DNA from: a virus
Lineage: Duplodnaviria > Caudoviricetes
Virus record (IMG/VR): IMGVR_UViG_3300032320_001056
Coordinates: 1-24,992 of that record
Length of the DNA stretch: 24,992 nucleotides
Direction: 5' to 3' (one strand)
Part shown: piece by piece, positions 16,801-23,079 of the stretch
How the letters are laid out: every line of letters starts with the position of its first letter
How positions within the stretch are numbered: the stretch's first letter is position 1
Position numbers and translations under genes: made by a program
Notes under the pieces: model-generated
The model's input: the letters and a program-made list of their open reading frames with translations, nothing else
Database searches by the model: none
What the model was told of the DNA's origin: nothing

Positions 16801-18839
16801 ATGGATCTCTTAAGAACATATTTATAAATCAATGGGGACAAATTTATTCTTACGATACCATTGATACGGGTTTTCAAAGAATGTTAAATTCAAATACAGA
16901 TCCTGTACAAACATTATTTGGTGGTGATACGTTTATTAATAAGTTTTCTTTTAAAACTAAACTTCCATTCTTTATTGATAATAGAGTTGGGGCTCCTGAT
17001 GATTCAGATGTATTTTATGATGAAATAGGTAATGTTGCTTATCCAGCATATTGGCATTCATCTAGGTCTATTCTTTCTGATTATGTTGTTGATGATGGTG
17101 GTGTTGATGAAACAGTTTTAAAAAATGTTATATCAATTAAAGCTCACAACTTTGATTGTCCAAATAGTCAACTTCCTGCTCCTCCAGCAATTAATCCTGG
17201 AAGGACATATTATGATGGTAAGTTCTATTTATTTGCTTATGGTATTCCTACATTCTATTGTGAATCAAATATTAATGTAGACCTTAGGCAAGCATTTAAT
17301 AATAGAGAGGGTGATTTCTACCCACACGTGAGTACAGGTATTCCTGATGAATGGTTGCAAGAAAGCTTTGTAACTATTGCTCAAGACAATACATATTATT
17401 ACAATGCTACGTTCTCTAAACAAAATAAAGAGAACTTCTTCTCACATCTCCCTATCAACTGGAGTGAAGATCTTTGTTTGACAGTGTATCCATTTAGAGC
17501 AATCTATTCAGATAGACAAGAGAGTTATGTTGATAATAACACAAACAATTGGTTAATCTACAGACCAATTTCATCATTTGACTTTCCACAGAACTATGGA
17601 AAACTTACATCTCTTGATGGTATTCAGAATAGGGCTGTACTAGCTAGGTTTGAAAACAAGAGCTTGTTGTACAACACAATGTTGACAATTAACACAAGCA
17701 ATCCTCAAGCTGCTTATTTAGGAAACGACACATTGTTCAAGAGTGCTCCTCCAATTGATTTTGCAGAAACAGATCTAGGATATGTAGGAAGCCAGAACAA
17801 GATGCTTCTAAAGATACCTCAAGGACAAATAACTGTAGATGCCAAAAGAGGACAGGTGTTCTTGATAACAGGTAACCAAGCTATGGACTTGTCAGCATTT
17901 GGTTCTGGATTAAACAGGTTCTTTACAGACCATTTGGCTTTTGAGATTCTTAGATATTTCCCCACTGTAAACACAGATAATCATTTCAATGGAGTTGGTT
18001 TACATGGTGTTTATGATAGCAAATATGATAGGGTTATTATCTCTAAACTAGATTATATTCCTCTGTCAAACAACATCAAATATGATGCTGCTCTACAGAA
18101 GTTCTATATAAATGAGCTTTTTGGTAACATCACTGTAAAAACATTTGTTGATCTCACCGATGTTACTTATTTTTGTAACAAGTCTTGGACACTGTCCTAT
18201 AACGTAAATACACAAAGCTGGGTAAGTTTTCACAGTTACATTCCCAATTGGTATATCGCTGAGAACAACTTCTTCTATTCTGGATTAAATGACAGTTGCG
18301 ATCTTGAAGCAATTGCTGCTGAAGAAGTATCCACTCCTCCTCTTACAACTACAACTACATCTACCTCAACTACATCTACATCAACAAGTACAACTAGTAC
18401 AACAAGTACATCTACCTCAACTAGTACAACAACTACAACAACTAGTTCTACAAGCACAACAACTACAACTACAACCACTCTGCCTCCTGAAGATCCTGTT
18501 ATTGTTATTCTTAATGCTAGACATGATCCAGCAGCATCTACATTCCCATCTCTACAATTTGCATATTCAACAGATGGGGGAATTTCATGGACTGCTACAG
18601 GAGCATCGTTCTCTGATACAACCTGCTCTCAAAGAGCAGTGATTACCATTCAAAGAAATGCTTCATTGATTACAAAAATTACAACAGCAGGAAATACAAC
18701 AATTACATGGCAAAGTGCAAGAAGCACAACAGACTGTCCTGCTTTCGTAACTCCTTCTTGTACATTCCCTGCTCTTACAAATTTGAATTCAAGAACATAT
18801 TATTTCACCGTAAATGGTGATAACCAAGGAACCTGTTAA
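13875..18839 (+). CDS. Tail stabilisation / muzzle (nozzle)-like protein, N-terminal part (1654 aa)
   Basis: Begins 'GLNMD...TYALNA'; beta-propeller-like repeats; 'VYWTDG.N..RYIDL', 'GYLRDEVYAF.IVF' and 'WTLSY...WVSFHSYIP'; position after the Ttub-like gene. Confidence 0.7.
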   Translation: MADQQQSNIIQENNVARTGLNMDQTVNQVEKGKLTYALNAAVENFDASSVNYQNEPGNELCLNFPQEYHLIGTHHIVEQAKHIFFLTNPNTGASEIGYMDNNDCVYKTLISALCLNFNINHPIHKSVHKITNCSTEVYWTDGFNSRRYIDLDNLPFKIQPGTDVCENQTTTEIDCNKLNIQPDFNIPELEVVEVINGGNLVAGTYQFAIQYCDANGGAYTSYYSVTNPTPIANPQFTTADFNYPVGRSIVLNISNIDVTGYYQYYNLAVIKTVNAITSVELVGTYFIDDSSNQITYTGQNQTQIRLTINDIFEKFPYYEIAQDLTAVQDILVWDILTSVDRINYQQIANQIDLKWQTYKLPANEDYADELNATNLRGYLRDEVYAFEIVFLLRNGKQTDGFHIPGREISFTELIQPDVPNTNPDFIGEPDYTSGATGYSKYWKIYNTASVIGPAVGDNIGNATPYQYGEFAYWESTEVYPCNENVWGTLANQPIRHHKFPDVLVSPIFESGTPTIELDGTYTQLKIEDRAIFPIGVRVDTQQIQQFIATSSLTQDQKDAIVGFKIVRGDRNTNRSIIAKGILRNVGKYGREGTEYYFPNYPYNDLREDPFLLEKNNAYNQECITWTFTCATAGVYAYTDCYTNSTVNAVMAVGEEFNICSITEPVAESGTFTAPPIALEYDVYRVGADGFYAKFVYVDPLTNANERIVLSFASTNIQVKVGTVPSVELHIGGYTIVIVTDSSDGPNENCYPDQLAAFTTDDSKYRHVFNSPETSFGQPFLGNILKLENAIYGKGDAHFVQVRKNATYKLLTKQAQQDALASSEAIADITGTFDSGAMFAAYQSYLQIYINGITRRNYAYSYNSIAEYDYSSNIDNNLGIKQRTLDIAQYLIPGVQSAGDNYNINNFERESSVYLRTDEDKTALPFPSQTTTLLTPTGNSAIEDKSRYIVSNAPTLNAGLNCAQPENLFDISTVCYYGSLKNIFINQWGQIYSYDTIDTGFQRMLNSNTDPVQTLFGGDTFINKFSFKTKLPFFIDNRVGAPDDSDVFYDEIGNVAYPAYWHSSRSILSDYVVDDGGVDETVLKNVISIKAHNFDCPNSQLPAPPAINPGRTYYDGKFYLFAYGIPTFYCESNINVDLRQAFNNREGDFYPHVSTGIPDEWLQESFVTIAQDNTYYYNATFSKQNKENFFSHLPINWSEDLCLTVYPFRAIYSDRQESYVDNNTNNWLIYRPISSFDFPQNYGKLTSLDGIQNRAVLARFENKSLLYNTMLTINTSNPQAAYLGNDTLFKSAPPIDFAETDLGYVGSQNKMLLKIPQGQITVDAKRGQVFLITGNQAMDLSAFGSGLNRFFTDHLAFEILRYFPTVNTDNHFNGVGLHGVYDSKYDRVIISKLDYIPLSNNIKYDAALQKFYINELFGNITVKTFVDLTDVTYFCNKSWTLSYNVNTQSWVSFHSYIPNWYIAENNFFYSGLNDSCDLEAIAAEEVSTPPLTTTTTSTSTTSTSTSTTSTTSTSTSTSTTTTTTSSTSTTTTTTTTLPPEDPVIVILNARHDPAASTFPSLQFAYSTDGGISWTATGASFSDTTCSQRAVITIQRNASLITKITTAGNTTITWQSARSTTDCPAFVTPSCTFPALTNLNSRTYYFTVNGDNQGTC
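18345..18479 (+). repeat. Low-complexity Thr/Ser tract (45 consecutive T/S codons)
   Basis: aca/act/acc/tct/tca/agt codons encoding TTTTTSTSTT...TTTTT, flanked by PPL and LPP. Confidence 0.95.
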
Positions 18840-18841
18840 CT

Positions 18842-19711
18842 ATGGCTAAGACAATCATCATAAAGTTAAAAAAGGCTGGCAAAAGAGTGACTATGTTTTC
18901 CATATCTGATGATAGAGGAAACATACTTGCTACAGATGTTCCTAAGAGCACTCTGATATCAGGGCTTGCTCTTAGTGTTGATGATTCTGTTAGAGTGATT
19001 GTTCTTACATCAACAGGAATTAATTGTTGTGGTAGCGTGTGGAATCTTCCTGTTACGACAATCACTAAACCTGAACTAGCAGCTATTAAGTTTCAAGAAG
19101 TTAACACAGCATCCATCTGGAAACATCTTACCAATCCTGTAATATATAACACTTATTACGGATGCATCAGACCATACATTATTGAATATCCTTTTGCATA
19201 TCAATACTATGATGAGATTCTGCAGAACGTAAAAGACTATACAAAAGCATACACCTATCTATCTTCAGATGATGGTGTATTTAATGACAATAGGAGAATA
19301 TCCATTAATGGATACTTTAATAAAGCAATTCTTTATAACGATCAACAGAGTACAGGAGTGCTTGAACTTGTTGCTAAACCTATGAACAACCTGAAAGAAT
19401 ACTTGAAATACCCTGTATATAACACTGATAGTAAGACAATTACGTTCACCAAAAGTGATAACTTCTATCAATACAATACGTTCTGGGGACTGGTGAAAGA
19501 TAAATCCCTACCTTTGTTTACAAAGAGTTGTGAGTCTATGTCTGTAGACAAGATTGTAAACCAAGCTAATATGGACTATTCCAAACGCAGTTTCAAAAAA
19601 GAACCAATTAGAGGGAAAGATCTTAAAATAAGACACATTCTAGACTCACATAGTGATATACACTTAGTCAGCCAATTCCTCTATTCGCCAGCTATGATAT
19701 CATATAAGTAA
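18842..19711 (+). CDS. Probable C-terminal part of the muzzle/Tstab protein, with an extra N-terminal beta domain (289 aa)
   Basis: 'IWKH....YNTYYG...PYIIE', 'FNKAILYNDQQSTG.LEL' and 'IRGKDLKIR' resemble the usual C-terminus of crAss-like nozzle proteins; starts 2 nt after the upstream stop. Confidence 0.55.
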   Translation: MAKTIIIKLKKAGKRVTMFSISDDRGNILATDVPKSTLISGLALSVDDSVRVIVLTSTGINCCGSVWNLPVTTITKPELAAIKFQEVNTASIWKHLTNPVIYNTYYGCIRPYIIEYPFAYQYYDEILQNVKDYTKAYTYLSSDDGVFNDNRRISINGYFNKAILYNDQQSTGVLELVAKPMNNLKEYLKYPVYNTDSKTITFTKSDNFYQYNTFWGLVKDKSLPLFTKSCESMSVDKIVNQANMDYSKRSFKKEPIRGKDLKIRHILDSHSDIHLVSQFLYSPAMISYK

Positions 19712-19716
19712 ACATA

Positions 19717-20424
19717 ATGAAAAAATATTATTTATACAGACATATAAGACTTGATAAAAATGAACCTTTCTACATCGGAATAGGTAGTAAACAAGATAGG
19801 TCACATCCTCATTGGAAATCTGAGTATAGAAGAGCATTTGAAACAAATAGGAAAGAATCATACATTTGGAATAATATAATTTCTAAAACAGAACATGAAG
19901 TAGAGATATTGTTTGAATCAGATGATTATGAGGTTATTAAACAAAAAGAGATTGAGTTTATAAAACTTTATGGCAGAATAAACAGAAATACAGGATGTCT
20001 AGCCAACATGACAGATGGTGGAGATGGTTTTGTAGGATATGTACCAAGTAAAGAAAAAATTGATAAACATAGAAAATTTTTGATAGGTAAAAAACAACCT
20101 GTTTCTCAAATACAAAAAAGGAACGAATCACGAAAAGGATATATACATAGTGAAGAAACAAAACTTAAAATATCTAATTCACACAAAGGTAAGAAAACAT
20201 CTAAAGAACATTTAGAGAAATTAAAAAGAGGTCAAATCTTGGCTAATTCGAAGCCTGTTTTTCAATATGACCTAAATGAAAATTTTATAAAAGAATGGCA
20301 AAGTGCAACTGTTGCTGGAAAAGAAATAGGCTTACACCCAACATCAATTAGACACTGTGTTCAAGGTAAAACTAAAACATCAGGTGGATATATTTGGAAA
20401 TCATCTCAAATCTCTTATAAATAA
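19717..20424 (+). CDS. GIY-YIG homing endonuclease with NUMOD3 and NUMOD1/IENR1-like DNA-binding modules (235 aa)
   Basis: 'YLYRH...PFYIGIG', 'RAF', 'EIEFIKLYGR' and 'LANMTDGGDG'; NUMOD3 'HSEETKLKISNSHKGKK'; NUMOD1 'KPVFQYDLNENFIKEWQSA...IRHCVQGKTKTSGGYIWK'. Confidence 0.9.
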   Translation: MKKYYLYRHIRLDKNEPFYIGIGSKQDRSHPHWKSEYRRAFETNRKESYIWNNIISKTEHEVEILFESDDYEVIKQKEIEFIKLYGRINRNTGCLANMTDGGDGFVGYVPSKEKIDKHRKFLIGKKQPVSQIQKRNESRKGYIHSEETKLKISNSHKGKKTSKEHLEKLKRGQILANSKPVFQYDLNENFIKEWQSATVAGKEIGLHPTSIRHCVQGKTKTSGGYIWKSSQISYK

Positions 20425-23057
20425 TGTCTAATAAGATTACATGCACATGTGGACACTCCTGGAACAAATCAAGTTCTAGCAAGAAAGACATGAGAATATG
20501 TCACATCTGTGGAAAAGATAACACTATGAAAAATGGTGGATGGTTAGATGCATATGATGATGAAATGCAATTAGGTGGATATGTCTATCCAACCAACTAT
20601 GTTCCACAAGCAGAGAATGGTATAGAAGGAACAATGGGTGGATTGACAGACAAAGGTTTTAATTACAATGGTGCATGGGGTGGTACAATGCAAATGGGTG
20701 GCTCTATGCCTGGTTCTGTAGGATTCACATACGCACGTACGAAAGGAATTCCTAGTAATGGTCCTTATGCAAAGAAGACAATGGCTAGTGCACAGAATGG
20801 TAAGGAGGTAGAGTATAAAGAGCTTCCTGAGATAACAGTTGTTGGTTCTAAAGATAAACAAACTAGGGATTTCTATAATAATCTGATAGATAAATTTTCA
20901 GAGGGTGAGCCTGCTTCAGCAAAAAATCCATTCATTGATGCAAGAGTGATGGGACAATATTTAGGGGTGATGAATATGGGTAAAGAGTACGGTTTCCCAA
21001 AAGTAAAATCTGAAACAAAATCAGGTATATATAAAAATGCAAGAGGGCACTACAATCCTCTTACTGAAACAATATATGCTAATGATGTTCCTACATGGGT
21101 TAGTGAAATAGCGCATCATGTGCAAATGAAAGATAATATTGTTGGCAAAGGGTTACAATGGTTAGGTAATGATTTAATAGAATATATTAAACAACCTATT
21201 GCATCAATTAAAGGAGAAAAACTTCCAAGTCCATATAAAAAAGAAGGAACTGTAGAACATGAAGCTCATAGCATAATTCAACCAATGCTTGAAGAAAGGG
21301 CTATGAAAGATTATGAAAAGTATAGAGATAGTGAACTTGCAAAATCTAGAGAAAAAAGATTTTTATATGAGAACAGAAATCTACAGAACGGTGGAGAAAT
21401 GAAATTCTACCAAGAAGGACTAGATTGGACTCCTAAGAATATCAGTAGAGATGGAAGTGAAGTTCCACAGGCTCAGGCTGGATTCAGAGGTCTTGGACCT
21501 ATTACACCAGATGATGTATCTAGATTCTTTGATTTGTTTTCCATTCCTCAAAAAGCTGTAACTAAACTTGTAACAGGAAAATACCAAACTCCTTCAGAGG
21601 CAATGAATATTAAGAACCCTGTAGGGGCATTTGCTGTCGATGCAATCCTTGATCCTACTAATCTTGTAGGAGGAGCAGCTGCTTCTAAAATAGGTAAAGT
21701 TGCAAAGTCTGCAACAAAAGCAAGCAAAGTAGCTAAACCAGCTGTAAGCTCTGCTGTAAAAAATGTTGTAAATAAAACTAAAAATTTAGAAGATTTACAA
21801 GCTGCAAAAAAATTTGCTAAGGATTATGGTTATAAATTACCTGAAAATTTAGAAAGAATAGCTCAGTCTGATGAACTTACTAACAGAACTGTTAGGGGGT
21901 TGATGAATAGACATAACACTTTTGTAAGAGGTGTTAGTACAAACTGGTCTGATGGTAGGCAAAGATCATTAGATGATCTTTCAGATTTGGGTATTGATTA
22001 TTTTAAAAACCCAAAGCAAGCTGCAGAGTATATGGCTACGCATATTCCTGGGTATACAGGATATGGAAGATTTGGACTAGAACCTGGAGAGAGTGCGTTA
22101 TACTTGTCAAATTCTATACCGACTGCAGAAGGTTATACATATGGTCAAGGATATATAGCAAAAGTTAAAAGACCAACAGACTTTTCTTCAACAAATAGAC
22201 AAGATTGGATTAAGGCTAATGATTTTGATGTGTCGTTAGATTTTAAAGGTTCACCTCATAATCAAGGTATAGTCAAGAATGATTATATAAGAAGATTTCC
22301 AACAAGTTTGCGAGAGTTGTTAGCTACAACAGGAGACCCTAATAAGTTTACAAAATTAAAACAAGTTTTGGAAGAAAAAGAAAAGTTATATGAGAAGCTA
22401 GCAAATGAGTCTTGGGCAAAATATAATAATAAAATAGGAAAATTAGACTATCAAACAGATGCTATAGCTCGTAAAAATTCTCTAAGTGATCTTCCTGTAC
22501 TAAGAGATAAACCTAACTATTTTGATAATTTGAAACAAGACTATCTTTTTACAATGAGAGATTTATCACAATCGTACTATGATATATTACCATATAGAGA
22601 TGCAGTAAAAGGTATTTTTGGTGATTCTGATGTATGGAAAGCAGTTGGTAAAAATCTCTTTGGTAAAGTGGATCCTTTTTCTCATTATGCTATTAAAGGC
22701 AACCCTGGTACAAAAGTGCTAGAACTTTTAAATTTGAAAGAAATTAGTCCTGAAATTTGGGAAAATACTTCTCGTCTTCATACAAACAAATATTCAGACA
22801 AGCTAACAAGAAAAGAAGAAGGTGGAGAGATAAAGAAAGATGATATGGGTTATTGGAATCCAGAGAACTGGGGAGAGCCTGTAGAAATAAATTCTAATCA
22901 AATAACAATGCAAGGAGTGTATGAACCCCTTCTTGGCATTTCTGATACAGGAGACACACAAATAATGTATCCTGGAGAAGACTATAAATTTAAAGGTAAG
23001 AAAGTTACAGAATATCCTGTTAAGAAAAATGGTGGATGGCTTGATAGATACAATTAA
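20424..23057 (+). CDS. Modular putative virion cargo (ejection) protein, 877 aa: Zn ribbon, xxxGG repeats, zincin-like and ADP-ribosyltransferase-like cassettes
   Basis: CxC...CxxC N-terminus; repeated xxxG(G) motifs; 'GHYNP...SEIAHH...EHEAH'; 'FVRG...ALYLS..TAEGY..GYIAKV'; lies after the muzzle gene, where crAss-like cargo genes sit. Confidence 0.6.
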   Translation: MSNKITCTCGHSWNKSSSSKKDMRICHICGKDNTMKNGGWLDAYDDEMQLGGYVYPTNYVPQAENGIEGTMGGLTDKGFNYNGAWGGTMQMGGSMPGSVGFTYARTKGIPSNGPYAKKTMASAQNGKEVEYKELPEITVVGSKDKQTRDFYNNLIDKFSEGEPASAKNPFIDARVMGQYLGVMNMGKEYGFPKVKSETKSGIYKNARGHYNPLTETIYANDVPTWVSEIAHHVQMKDNIVGKGLQWLGNDLIEYIKQPIASIKGEKLPSPYKKEGTVEHEAHSIIQPMLEERAMKDYEKYRDSELAKSREKRFLYENRNLQNGGEMKFYQEGLDWTPKNISRDGSEVPQAQAGFRGLGPITPDDVSRFFDLFSIPQKAVTKLVTGKYQTPSEAMNIKNPVGAFAVDAILDPTNLVGGAAASKIGKVAKSATKASKVAKPAVSSAVKNVVNKTKNLEDLQAAKKFAKDYGYKLPENLERIAQSDELTNRTVRGLMNRHNTFVRGVSTNWSDGRQRSLDDLSDLGIDYFKNPKQAAEYMATHIPGYTGYGRFGLEPGESALYLSNSIPTAEGYTYGQGYIAKVKRPTDFSSTNRQDWIKANDFDVSLDFKGSPHNQGIVKNDYIRRFPTSLRELLATTGDPNKFTKLKQVLEEKEKLYEKLANESWAKYNNKIGKLDYQTDAIARKNSLSDLPVLRDKPNYFDNLKQDYLFTMRDLSQSYYDILPYRDAVKGIFGDSDVWKAVGKNLFGKVDPFSHYAIKGNPGTKVLELLNLKEISPEIWENTSRLHTNKYSDKLTRKEEGGEIKKDDMGYWNPENWGEPVEINSNQITMQGVYEPLLGISDTGDTQIMYPGEDYKFKGKKVTEYPVKKNGGWLDRYN

Positions 23058-23079
23058 AAAACCTGTACAATAACATATT

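Noticed and set aside
18345-18479. CRISPR array or diversity-generating retroelement repeat
   Set aside because: No repeat-spacer periodicity, no template/variable repeat pair differing at adenines that I could see, and no cas or reverse transcriptase gene in the window.
18275-18642. Poly-Val minus-strand ORF and Leu/Gln-rich alternative-frame ORF
   Set aside because: Both are shadows of the Thr/Ser codon tract.
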